64,000 bases of DNA, taken from assembly GCA_965220745.1 (NCBI GenBank), contig CBDCQT010000011.1, forward strand, positions 64,001 to 128,000, in the 5' to 3' direction. Made by a program: the position numbers and the translations under genes. Below the pieces are notes generated by a model that was not told the origin of the DNA, searched no databases, and was given only the letters and a program-made list of their open reading frames with translations. The stretch's first letter is position 1. Every line of letters begins with the position of its first letter. This DNA is from Alphaproteobacteria bacterium (GTDB lineage: Bacteria > Pseudomonadota > Alphaproteobacteria > UBA828). Positions 9,034 to 19,000 of this stretch are shown here, piece by piece.

Positions 9034-11061
9034 TTAGAGCTTGCGGGCCTGGCGGTGGCCTTCGTAGACCGCCTCGTAGGCGGTGCGGGGCGCGGTTGCG
9101 TCACCGATGGTCTCGACCGAGACCCCGCGCGCGGCGACCGCGTTATGCAGCGCGTTCTCGGAGCGTCGGCCAGTCGCCATGACGATCCAGTCGGCCTCGA
9201 TCGTCCGCTCCGCCTCTTCGTGGTGGACGTTGTAGAGCGTCACCTTGTCGCCCTCGATGCGGCGGACGAAGTGATCGACGCAAACCGTCACCCCGGTCTG
9301 GTAGAGCTTGGGCAGGATCCAGTCGAGATAGACGTCGAGGATGGTTTCCATGCCCACCATGGGCCAGCGGGTGACCAGCGTGACCTCGTCGGCTCCGCCC
9401 TCCTTGCAGGCGACGGCGGTGAGCGGCGCCACCACGTCGCAGAGATCGTCCAGCACCATCACCTTGCCGCGCGGCCGGGCCTGGCCCTGGGCCACCGTAT
9501 CCCAGCCGACGCAGTTGCCGGTCTCCCAGCCGGGGAGCCCCTCGCTGGTCCAGCCCTGGAAGCCATCGACTGCAACTGAAGACCCCGTGGCCACCACCAC
9601 GTGATCGGGCTTTACCGTCTCCAGCGCTTGGTCCAGATCCTCTTCCGTGATCGGCGCTCCGGTGACGATGCGAGTGCCGTTCTTCTCCGCCTGCGCCGCG
9701 AGCCAGCGGCCGATCTCGCCGTATTCGGCCCGGGTCGGCAGCAGCGACTGCACCCGCACGTGGCCGCCGGTCTCGCCCTCGGCCTCGTAGAGCGTCACGT
9801 TGTGGCCGCGGGCAGAGGCGACGCGCGCGTATTCCAGTCCGGCCGGGCCGCCGCCGATGACCAGCACCGACTTGGGCGCCGCCACCTTGACCAGCGTGCC
9901 CTCGCCCCACTTTCCCTCGCGGCCCACGGTGGGGTTGTAGATGCACTGCACGCGGCCGCCCCGGCTCACGCTCTTCCAGCAGAAGTTGGCGGCGACGCAG
10001 GCGCGAATGTCGTCGGTGCGGCCCTCCTGCGCCTTCTTGGCCCAGTGGGGGTCGGTGAAGAGCTGGCGGGCGAGGCAGATGGCATCGCCGTCGCCGGCTT
10101 CCAGCAGCCGCTCGGCCACGTCCGGCGTGGTGATGCGGCCCACCAGCAGCACCGGCTTGGATGAGATCTCGCGGATCTTGCGGGCGTAGCCGCGCTCCCA
10201 GCCTGCCTCGAACTCCATCGGCGTGTGGATGAAGGCGTGATGCACGCCGGCCGAGACGTTGACGTAGTCGATGTCCGCCCGCTTCTCGATCTCGGCGACG
10301 ATGTCCCGCACCTCGTCGATTTCCAAGTCGCCCGGCCAGAACGAGGTCGAGTTGATGCGGTAGCCGACGAACCTGTCGTCGCCGGCGGCAGCGCGCATCC
10401 GCTTCAATGCCTCAAGGGGAAAGCGCAGGCGGTTGTCCAGCGAGCCGCCCCAGCGGTCGGTGCGCTTGTTGTAGAGCGGCGAGATGAACTGCCAGGGCAG
10501 GTAACCGTGGCTGAGATGGAGCTCGACCCCGTCGAGCCCCGCCGCGAACGCACGGACCGCAGCGCTGCCGAAGGCCTCCAGCAGCTCCTCGATCTCATCC
10601 TCGTCGAGCTCCTTGGGCGTGGACGCGCCGGGGAACTCGCCCAAGGGCACCTGGCTTGGCGATACGGAGTACCAGGTCTCATCCGGGTCGTAGGTGGGCT
10701 CCTGCTTGAAGGTGGGGAAGCCCCGCACGCCCGAGTGCCAGAGCTGGATCGCGAGCTTGCAGCCTTCGGCGTGGACCGCGTCCGCGATTTTCGACAGCGG
10801 CTCGATCTGCCGGTCGTCGAAGAGCTGCGGCATGAGCAATGGCGCCATGAGCGAGCTCCGGTGGACATGGGTCCCGCCGATGATGATGAGGCCGACCCCT
10901 CCCTCGGCGCGCTCCCGGTAGTAATGGGTCGCCATGTCGATGAAGAGCCCGTTCCACGGGTCGGAGACCCAGCTCGGGCAGGTTGGCGGGAACACCACGC
11001 GATTCTTGATTGTGGTGTTGCGGATCTTCCATTCCGAGAAAAGCCGTGGATAGGTGGCCAT
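9034..11061 (-). CDS. NADH:flavin oxidoreductase, OYE / trimethylamine-dehydrogenase-like (FMN, Fe-S and FAD domains)
   Basis: ELHLSHGYLPWQFISPLYNKRTDRWGGSLDNRLRF, Fe-S region CVAANFC..C, VIGGGPAGLE; start MATYPRLF. Confidence 0.88.
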   Translation of the reverse strand: MATYPRLFSEWKIRNTTIKNRVVFPPTCPSWVSDPWNGLFIDMATHYYRERAEGGVGLIIIGGTHVHRSSLMAPLLMPQLFDDRQIEPLSKIADAVHAEGCKLAIQLWHSGVRGFPTFKQEPTYDPDETWYSVSPSQVPLGEFPGASTPKELDEDEIEELLEAFGSAAVRAFAAGLDGVELHLSHGYLPWQFISPLYNKRTDRWGGSLDNRLRFPLEALKRMRAAAGDDRFVGYRINSTSFWPGDLEIDEVRDIVAEIEKRADIDYVNVSAGVHHAFIHTPMEFEAGWERGYARKIREISSKPVLLVGRITTPDVAERLLEAGDGDAICLARQLFTDPHWAKKAQEGRTDDIRACVAANFCWKSVSRGGRVQCIYNPTVGREGKWGEGTLVKVAAPKSVLVIGGGPAGLEYARVASARGHNVTLYEAEGETGGHVRVQSLLPTRAEYGEIGRWLAAQAEKNGTRIVTGAPITEEDLDQALETVKPDHVVVATGSSVAVDGFQGWTSEGLPGWETGNCVGWDTVAQGQARPRGKVMVLDDLCDVVAPLTAVACKEGGADEVTLVTRWPMVGMETILDVYLDWILPKLYQTGVTVCVDHFVRRIEGDKVTLYNVHHEEAERTIEADWIVMATGRRSENALHNAVAARGVSVETIGDATAPRTAYEAVYEGHRQARKL

Positions 11062-11196
11062 GTCGCATTCCCCCCTGTCGTGGGCACCCCGCCGACCGGG
11101 TGCCCTGTGCACAAACGCCACGGTCCATTACACTCGGCTTGGCGCGGGAATGCCAGTTTCGCGGCCTCGGGCCTGCTCAAACACGGGAGGGCGGCG

Positions 11197-12612
11197 ATGT
11201 CCGACACCTATCGCGCAGTGATCCCCTACGAATCCCTCGATCCGCTGACCATAGGCTCGGCCGACGATCCGGCCATGGTCTATCGGGAAACCCTGACCCT
11301 CGACGTTCCCGAGGCCAATTTGCTGGCGGCGCTCTACCCGGACGAGCCCGCGCCCGTCGCGAACCCCACCGAGGCCTGCGCCGCCGCGCTGGAGGCGCCA
11401 CACTCGGGGCCTCGGTTCTCGGAGATGATCGGGCCGGACAAGAGCCTCGCCATCATCATCGACAACCAGTTCCGCCCGACGCCCACGTCGAAGCTGCTGC
11501 CGGCGGTGCTCGATGCCATCGAGGCCCACGGCGTCAAGGACGCGCGCGTGGTCTGCGCCAACGGCAAGGTCTTCCCCATGTCGGAACGCGACACCGAGCT
11601 CAAGCTCGGGCGGGAGAACCTCGCGCGCATGGAGCGGCTCGGCATCCCCTTCTTCCAGAACGAGCCGCGCGACCCCGAGCAGTACGTCTTCATCGGCATG
11701 ACCACGGGCGGCACGCCGGTCTGGCTGCACAAGGAGGTCGCGAAGTCTGACGTGACGCTCTCCATGGGTCAGGCGCAGTCCAACCACTGGGGCGCCGGCG
11801 GGGGCGGCAAGCTGATCCTGCCGGGCGTGGTCTCGGACGAGACCATCGAATCCAACCACTGCGCCTTCGTGATGTCACCCAAGACCCATTACGGTGCCTT
11901 GGCTGGGCCGATGCGGACCGATATTGACGAGGCGGCCACCATGTGCGGGCTCTCGGCGACGCTCAACAGCGTGCTGGATACCAGGGGCCGGCTCTGCTTC
12001 ATCAACTTCGGCGCGCACCCGGACGCGCACCGCGAGGCGATCCGCTACTTCAATGGCATCTACGCCTACGACCGCCCCGCGGGCGGGCCGGCCGACATCG
12101 CCATCTGCGGGGTCTTCGCGCCGACCGATCACCTGTTCTTCCACACCGGCTGGGGCTGCATGTCCTCCGACTTGCTGGTGAAGGACGGCGGCACGCTGAT
12201 CTATTGCAGCCCGTCCCCCGGCGTGAGCACGCATCTCGGCGACTTCCCGGGCCTCGCGCTCATGGACCTGATGAAGCCCTACATGCCACCCTCGCCCGCG
12301 AACCTGGAGCGCGTCTACCGCGACATCCACAGCCGCACCATCGAGATGTGGGCAGGTTGCATCTGGGTGCCGATCTACGAGGTCATGGTGCGCAAGCACC
12401 TCCATGTGGTGACGCTGGAGGAGAACCTGGAGATGGCGGCCGATATCGGGATCGAGGCCGGCACGTCGCTGGAGAATGCCTTCGCCGCCGCGATGGCCCG
12501 CCACGGTCCGGAGGCCAAGGTGGCGGTGCTGCCCTTCGCGCGCTACCAGCTGCCGCGCGACGCGATCCGCATGCCGGTGGAGGTCGAGCCCATGGCGCAG
12601 GCGGCGGAGTAG
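11197..12612 (+). CDS. LarA-family (nickel-pincer) racemase/epimerase homolog
   Basis: IIIDNQFRPTP, GGGGKLILPGV, ETIESNH, GPMRTDIDEAA, VKDGGTLI; RBS GGGAGG before ATG 11197. Confidence 0.75.
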   Translation: MSDTYRAVIPYESLDPLTIGSADDPAMVYRETLTLDVPEANLLAALYPDEPAPVANPTEACAAALEAPHSGPRFSEMIGPDKSLAIIIDNQFRPTPTSKLLPAVLDAIEAHGVKDARVVCANGKVFPMSERDTELKLGRENLARMERLGIPFFQNEPRDPEQYVFIGMTTGGTPVWLHKEVAKSDVTLSMGQAQSNHWGAGGGGKLILPGVVSDETIESNHCAFVMSPKTHYGALAGPMRTDIDEAATMCGLSATLNSVLDTRGRLCFINFGAHPDAHREAIRYFNGIYAYDRPAGGPADIAICGVFAPTDHLFFHTGWGCMSSDLLVKDGGTLIYCSPSPGVSTHLGDFPGLALMDLMKPYMPPSPANLERVYRDIHSRTIEMWAGCIWVPIYEVMVRKHLHVVTLEENLEMAADIGIEAGTSLENAFAAAMARHGPEAKVAVLPFARYQLPRDAIRMPVEVEPMAQAAE

Positions 12613-12623
12613 GGTTCGGCCTC

Positions 12624-12938
12624 ATGTCCTCTTTCAGCGCTTTGACCGCGCCGATCACGGGATCGACCACCGTGGTCGAGTTGCTAGAGCGCTATCCCGG
12701 TGGCGAGGCGGCCGAGTTGATGGCAAGGCTCGCCTGGCCCTGCGCCCATTGCTCGGGCGCGCTGCACGAGCCCATCAGCATGGCCGCCAAGCGCCATGCG
12801 AACCGCGCTGGCCCCGTGGTTCGCGCCTTCCAGGCGCTCGCGCACGGCGGCCCGAGCGAGGCCGAGATCGCCGAGGCCGCGGCCAAGCACGAGAAGCGCG
12901 CCGACCCGGCGGCGCTCTGGGCCCGCTACACGCGTTAG
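12624..12938 (+). CDS. Small CxxC protein, DUF1858-like
   Basis: ITGSTTVVELLERYP..CAHC..EPISMAAKRH; 11 bp after the larA-like stop. Confidence 0.6.
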   Translation: MSSFSALTAPITGSTTVVELLERYPGGEAAELMARLAWPCAHCSGALHEPISMAAKRHANRAGPVVRAFQALAHGGPSEAEIAEAAAKHEKRADPAALWARYTR

Positions 12939-13056
12939 ACCGCGCCCGGCGGGCGCCCGGCGGGCGCACGACGCTCGCATGCGCTTACTCATCACAACTA
13001 ATTCATCCAAGTTAGCTTGGTGGTCCGCTCCCTCTCCTGTACGGTCAGCAGACAGT

Positions 13057-13306
13057 GCCCCTGGAAGCACAGGTGGATAGTTGCGCCGCTTGAGACGAGC
13101 GAGGGGAGTGTCGAAAAGCGGAGGTAGGGTCGCACTGCACCGTCGCAAGACGGACTCGTTTCAGCGCTAGGAGCCGGTCGATCCCTCTAACGGCTAAGGT
13201 CCCAAGGCGCGAGGGCCTTGACGTGGGCTGTGGTGACTTGCGTCTGATGGCGGTACCCTTGACGACGCTTGGAAGACCCACGCCGGTTCAAGTCCGGTCA
13301 GGGGCA
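13057..13306 (+). ncRNA. Putative structured ncRNA with tRNA-like acceptor stem, D-loop and T-arm, and about 190 nt of extra helices
   Basis: GCCCCTG (13057-13063) pairs with CAGGGGC (13299-13305); T-arm GCCGG-TTCAAGT-CCGGT (13282-13298); D-loop-like AGGTGGATA; several internal helices including a GNRA hairpin. Confidence 0.6.
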
Positions 13307-13639
13307 TTCACCCTTTCCACGCGATGATTTTGCCCCGTTTGCGGGCGGACGGTTGATCTCCGCCGCGGCCCACCACGCATTGGGCGCGGCGATGCGGTGG
13401 TCGAAGCCGACCATCTCCACTTCGCTGCCAATCACGCGCTGTCGGCCGTCCCACACGGCTGCTGTTGCGCGTCCCAAGCGAGGCAAGCGGCCGTCTACCA
13501 CAGGGCCAAACGGGATGCAGTAAGACTTGCGGATTCCTCCAGGTTATTCTCCTGTCTGAGACCATAGTATAACGATGCCCTATACACTATATTAATAACC
13601 AGATATACTCAACTAAATTCTGAAAAAGGCAATCATTCT

Positions 13640-14350
13640 ATGCTGCGATGTAATGTGTGCGGTAACTCCACGTTTGGAAAGGGTCCTGGAGGCCGAATGA
13701 GCCGAGGCGGCCAGTTACCCGCCTGCGTGTCCTGCGGATCCCTGGAGCGGCATCGCTCGGTGCGCGCCGTCTGGCAGCCGCTGGTCGGGGCGGAGCTACA
13801 CCGCCTCAAAGCGATTCAGTTCAGTCTCGATCCGTCCGTAAACAAGGACTGGTTCGATTACTTGGAAGTCTCGATCTATGAAAAGAGAAACTCTCTTGAC
13901 TTGGAGGACATATACCGCCTGGCCGGAAGTTATGACATTGTCATATGCAATCATGTTCTGGAGCATATCGAAGATGATCGTCGCGCGTTTCGGGAAATTA
14001 TGCGCGTTCTAACGCCCTCGGGACTCTTCCAATTCACGGTGCCGCTTCCTTGTGCACGCGCCGTCACGGAGGAGTGGGGTTATCCGGACCGTCCCCACGG
14101 GCACTACCGGTTGTATGGGAGAGACGTGATCGATCGTTTCGCCGAAGCCAGGCCGGGAACGCGGTTCCTGTGCGTTCCATGCGTCGATCCCGTTACCGGA
14201 GAACCGGATTTCGTGTACTTCGCATTTCCCAAAGAGCGCCGGCTGAATGGGATTCACCGGGTGCTCGGCCAGGCGTTCCCGTCGCTGACGGTGGACGGGC
14301 ACGGTGGTTCGAGCGCTTCGGCCGGGGTCCGTCAAGTCGCAAGTCGCTGA
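13640..14350 (+). CDS. Class I SAM-dependent methyltransferase with N-terminal Cys pairs
   Basis: CNVC...CVSCGSLERHR; YDIVICNHVLEHIEDDRRAFREIMRVLTPSG; HYRLYG. Confidence 0.82.
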   Translation: MLRCNVCGNSTFGKGPGGRMSRGGQLPACVSCGSLERHRSVRAVWQPLVGAELHRLKAIQFSLDPSVNKDWFDYLEVSIYEKRNSLDLEDIYRLAGSYDIVICNHVLEHIEDDRRAFREIMRVLTPSGLFQFTVPLPCARAVTEEWGYPDRPHGHYRLYGRDVIDRFAEARPGTRFLCVPCVDPVTGEPDFVYFAFPKERRLNGIHRVLGQAFPSLTVDGHGGSSASAGVRQVASR

Positions 14351-14369
14351 GCGCGTGCAAAGCAGGTCC

Positions 14370-15200
14370 ATGGGGCGGATCGCCCCGGCGCCGCGGGATC
14401 GTATCGAAGCGCCGTCTCAGGCGGCTCTGGCGTTGCTTGATCTCACCCAAGGCGCGCGAGCGCATCACCTCTGGTACCTGCTCGCCTGGCAGGACATCCG
14501 TCGGCTCTACCGGCGATCCGTCCTCGGACCGTTCTGGCTTACCGTTAGCATGGGTGCGCTAGTGGGCGTGCTGGGAACGCTCTACGGCATGCTGTTCGAG
14601 GTGGAGAGCGCGGACTACGTGCCCTTCCTCGCGCTCGGCTTCATCGTCTGGACGCTGATCTCCGGCGTCATCACCGACGGCTGCAAGGCCTTCATCACGG
14701 CGGAAGGCATCATCAAGCACGTGGGCTTGCCGCTCTCGATCCACGTGTATCGGCTGCTTTGGCGTCACCTCATGATCCTCTTTCACAATGCCGCGGTGTT
14801 CGTCGTCGTGGCCGCGGTCTTTGCCGTCTGGCCGGGCTGGGTGGGCCTTCTCGCCCTGCCCGGCCTCCTGCTGCTCTGCCTGAACGGCATCTGGGCGGGC
14901 CTGCTGCTGGGCATCGTCTCGGCCCGCTTCCGAGACGTGCCGCCGATCGTGACGAGCGTTGTGCGGATCTGCTTCTTCGTGACCCCGATCATCTGGACGC
15001 CAGAGCTCTTGCCGGCGCGCACCCTGGTGCTGGACGCCAACCCCTTCTTCCACCTGGTGGAGGTCGTGCGGGCGCCGCTGCTGGGTCAGATGCCGGGGCT
15101 GGCTTCCTGGATCGCGGTGCTGGTCATGACGGCCGCAGGCTGGCTCGTGACCTTCGCGCTCTTCCGCCGTTACCGGCGGCGGATCGCCTACTGGGTCTGA
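14370..15200 (+). CDS. wzm: Polysaccharide ABC exporter permease
   Basis: DIRRLYRRSVLGPFW, RFRDVPPIV, FFVTPIIW, NPFFHLVEVVRAPLLG. Confidence 0.9.
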   Translation: MGRIAPAPRDRIEAPSQAALALLDLTQGARAHHLWYLLAWQDIRRLYRRSVLGPFWLTVSMGALVGVLGTLYGMLFEVESADYVPFLALGFIVWTLISGVITDGCKAFITAEGIIKHVGLPLSIHVYRLLWRHLMILFHNAAVFVVVAAVFAVWPGWVGLLALPGLLLLCLNGIWAGLLLGIVSARFRDVPPIVTSVVRICFFVTPIIWTPELLPARTLVLDANPFFHLVEVVRAPLLGQMPGLASWIAVLVMTAAGWLVTFALFRRYRRRIAYWV

Positions 15201-15205
15201 GCGCC

Positions 15206-15952
15206 GTGGTCAGCCTCCGAATCGAAGCGGTCACAGTCGACTTTCCCGTCTACAGCGCCGGCGCGCGGTCTCTGAAGAAACGCTTGCTTCATCGCGGCAC
15301 CGGCGGGCGCATCGTACATGGTGCCGCCAATCGGATGCGCGTGCGCGCTCTTGAGGATGTGAGTCTCGCCTTGAAGCGAGGCGATCGGATCGGTCTTGTC
15401 GGCTCCAACGGCGCGGGCAAGACGACGCTGCTACGCGTGCTCGCCGGCGCATACGAGCCTACGCAGGGTCGCATCGAGCGACGCGGACGGACTGCATCGC
15501 TGCTCAACGTCTCCCTCGGCATCGATTCCGAAGCGACAGGCTACGAGAACATCATGACCCGGGGGCTCCTCCTGGGCCTTCGGCCGGATCAAGTCCGCGT
15601 GCGCGTGGATGAGATCGCGGCATTTACCGAGCTCGGCGAGTATCTCGCGATGCCGGTGCACACCTATTCGGCGGGCATGCGGCTGCGGCTCGCCTTTGCG
15701 GTGTGCACCAGTTTCGATCCCGAAATCCTGCTGATGGACGAGTGGTTGGGCATCGGCGACCGCGCGTTCGTTGAAAAGGCGAAACACCGGCTCGAACGGT
15801 TCGTGGAACGTGCGGGCATATTGGTGCTCGCCTCGCAGAATACCTCCCTGCTCCAGCGGATCTGTTCCAGAGGCGTTTTGCTCGATCAGGGAAGGGTCAC
15901 GTGTTTCGGGTCGATCGATGAAGTGCTGCACATGTATTGGGAGACTGCCTGA
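15206..15952 (+). CDS. wzt: Polysaccharide ABC exporter ATPase
   Basis: Walker A GSNGAGKTT, YSAGMRLRLAF, ILLMDE; GTG start at 15206; no C-terminal extension. Confidence 0.9.
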   Translation: MVSLRIEAVTVDFPVYSAGARSLKKRLLHRGTGGRIVHGAANRMRVRALEDVSLALKRGDRIGLVGSNGAGKTTLLRVLAGAYEPTQGRIERRGRTASLLNVSLGIDSEATGYENIMTRGLLLGLRPDQVRVRVDEIAAFTELGEYLAMPVHTYSAGMRLRLAFAVCTSFDPEILLMDEWLGIGDRAFVEKAKHRLERFVERAGILVLASQNTSLLQRICSRGVLLDQGRVTCFGSIDEVLHMYWETA

Positions 15953-16090
15953 TTGTAATGTTCTGAATTACCACTATTAATCGGCACATATGATGCAATA
16001 TCCCCAGCTTAATATCTATTGACGATGCACTCCAATATCGTACACTATCCGCGCCATATAATGTTTCTACAGCCCTCGGAATAACATGCC

Positions 16091-19000
16091 GTGAGTCCCC
16101 CCAGAAACGTTGAACACACCCTGGATGAGACTGGCTCCAGGTCCGCACTTCTTGCATTCGAAACGCATCGATCCAGAGTCGGCGCCATTAGCGCTGCGGG
16201 GTCAGGAGGGCGGAACGAGGGACAGGTGACGTGCGATGGCCATGAGGAGACGGTCCATGCCCTTCGAGCGACAATCGAGTCTCACGAAGCCACCATCGAG
16301 GCTCGAGAGGCGACTATAAGAGCCCGTGATGCCACCATTCAGGACCTTCTGAGTTCCACCAGCTGGAAAGCCACTGCTCCGCTTCGCTCCGTGTCCCGAA
16401 CCTTCAGATGGTATCGGCGCGTATTCCGCGGAGCCCCCAGACACCTATATCGGCAGGGCAAGGGGCGATTCTCGCGTGTCACAAGTTCCATGCGTTTCGC
16501 TCTCGCAGAATCACCCGCAAGAGTTCAGGCGAAGCGAAGCACCCGGCCGATTGAAATCTCGAACTCTGTTTCGGAGATTATTCGCGAAAGCAGAATACAA
16601 CATGTCAAAGGAACATCCCTAAATACTCAACGACGATCTGACAGAGAAGCCCTCAAGATAACGGTCATTGCGTGGGACTTGGCACACAATCCCTTGGGAC
16701 GCGCGTACCTGCTAGCCGATGTTTTGCGACACGAATACGACGTCGAGCTTATTGGGGCGACCTTCCCCGACTTCGGCAACGACATTTGGAAACCGCTACG
16801 CGGTTGTAGTCGCGTCAAGATCAAGCACGTACCGGGCGCCTATTTCCCAGAATATTTCAGGACCATCAAAGCGATGGTCGAACACATTGAGGGAGACGTC
16901 CTTTATGTGTCCAAGCCTAGGCTTCCCAGTTTGGAGTTGGCGATTCTAGCCAAGCTTGAGAGAAATAGGCCAATTATTCTTGACATAGACGACCATGAGC
17001 TCAGCTTCTTCGGTGCTCGGGAGCCCCTAAGTCTAGAGGAGTTGAGAGCCGAGCGAGGCATTCTGGATGTCGACGTGCCTTTTGGCGAGGCCTGGACCCG
17101 CCACTGTGAAACGCTGATTCCACACGTTGACCAAATCACCGTGTCAAATGAGACGCTCAAGGGAAGGTACGGCGGCATCGTTCTGCCCCATGTCCGAGAC
17201 GAGTGCGAATTCGACCCGACCATATATCCTCGCGAGAAAATTCGGTGCGAGCTTGGCTTTGTACCGGAAGACAGAGTCATTCTGTTTGCGGGAACCCCAC
17301 GCAAGCACAAAGGGCTCTTGCGGCTCATCGCCGCGCTGAGAGAGCTGGATCGACCGAAGTACAAGCTCCTGGTTGTCGGTTCACCGGCTGATGGCGCCGT
17401 GACCAGACTGCTGCGGCGTGTCGACCCGAGCCGCGCAACGCTGGTTCCGGACGTACCGTACTCGGATCTACCCGGCTATCTCTGCGCCGCCGACCTCGTT
17501 CCTCTGCTGCAAGACGAGGCTGAACCTACGTCGGCATTTCAAATGCCCGCCAAATTCACCGATGCACTCGCCATGGGCATCCCCATCGTCGCGAGCGATG
17601 TGCCGCCCTTGGTCGATGCCGCGAACGACGGCTTGGTGGAATTACTGGGAAACGCAACGCCGGCGCAAAAGATCGACGAAATCTTGTCCAACTACGCAGT
17701 TCATAAGAAGCGAGCGAATGAGAACCGTGAGAATTTTCTTGGCAAATTCAGCTACGCGAGCAATTTGCCTAAGATAAAGCAAGTGGTGGAACGGCATGCC
17801 GACCACCCTAAGCCTGTCCCGGATGCCTTCCATGATCTCGTCGAGTATCAGGAGAGTATATATTCCCAGACGGGAAGGACGTACAGAAACGCACCTAAAG
17901 TCATCTTACCCAGCAAAGTCACGAATACTCCTTCCGTTGCTACCGCAGCATTGACGCAGCGCAAGACTGAGAGGGCGCGACTGCGCGCGCAGCGATCGTA
18001 CGTCGACGACAAATTGGATGTGGTCTTCTTTTGGAAGCAAAACGACAGCGGGATTTACGGCAGGCGTCAGGACATGTTCGTCAAGTACCTGGCGCGCGAC
18101 CCAAGGGTCAGCCGCATCTTCCACTTCGACGCTCCGATGAATTTCTTTCGCTCCGCGGGCCTGGCAGCCAGAGCGGATTCGATGGGGCGGTGCAGCCATT
18201 CACGACTGGTAGGACGCCAGACGCTGAACAGGAGGCTCGGGCTCGCCAACAGGGGCAAGGTCAGATTCGACACCTTCATCCACGTCTCAAACCGTCGCGG
18301 TCCGAGGGTGTTCAAGCATATTTTTCCGAGGAAAGACGACTATCTCGAATTCCTAGACCGTGTCTCCAGGCGTCATAAGATCGGGCAACGGCGGACCATT
18401 CTCTGGGTGTGTCCCGTTAACTTTCATTTCTTGAGCATAGAGGATCGGTTGCAGGCAGACCTCGTGGTCGCCGATGTCATCGACGACGAGCGAAAATGGC
18501 CTGTGAGCGAAGCGTATAGAGATAAGCTGAGCCGCAACTATGAAGAGGTGTTGGGGCTTAGCGATCTCGTCATAACCAACTGTGAGAGTGTTTCCCAGAG
18601 TATGAGCGCCCTATCCGACAGCATCCATCTGCTGCCGAATGCTGTGGAGCTCCTGGAAGAAGAGGCGAGACACTGGCCTAAGCCGCGCGAGCTCAAGCGT
18701 CTCTCGGGTCCGGTGATCGGATACGTCGGCAACTTGGATATCGCGCGCATCGACCTGGACCTGCTCAGGAACGTGGTGAGTGAACGCCCTAGTTGGAATT
18801 TCATTTTTATCGGCTCCATGCATAAGGGTGATGAGATCAGAGAGTTGGAAATATACGGCAATGTTCATTTCTTGGGGGTCCGGGTCTACGAGCAAGCGCT
18901 GCGCTATATTCGGCATTTCGATGTAGCCATTATACCGCATTTGGATAACGAACTGACGAGAAGTATGAATCCCATTAAGTTGTACGTTTATTTTTCTCTG

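Noticed and set aside
10225-11196. Long N-terminal extension making a 795-aa LarA fusion
   Set aside because: It is the antisense shadow of the flavoenzyme gene; the RBS and ATG are at 11197. Similar false extensions affect the ORFs starting at 965, 1873, 7410, 21547, 22080, 42871 and 48249.
12942-12967. Short GC tandem/inverted repeat GCGCCCGGCGG x2
   Set aside because: Too short and GC-rich to be significant; at most a terminator-like hairpin.
13057-13306. Calling the element a standard tRNA, an intron-containing tRNA or tmRNA
   Set aside because: Too long for a tRNA; no matching anticodon-stem halves or group I core motifs recognised; no G3.U70 pair and no tag ORF ending in Ala-Ala.
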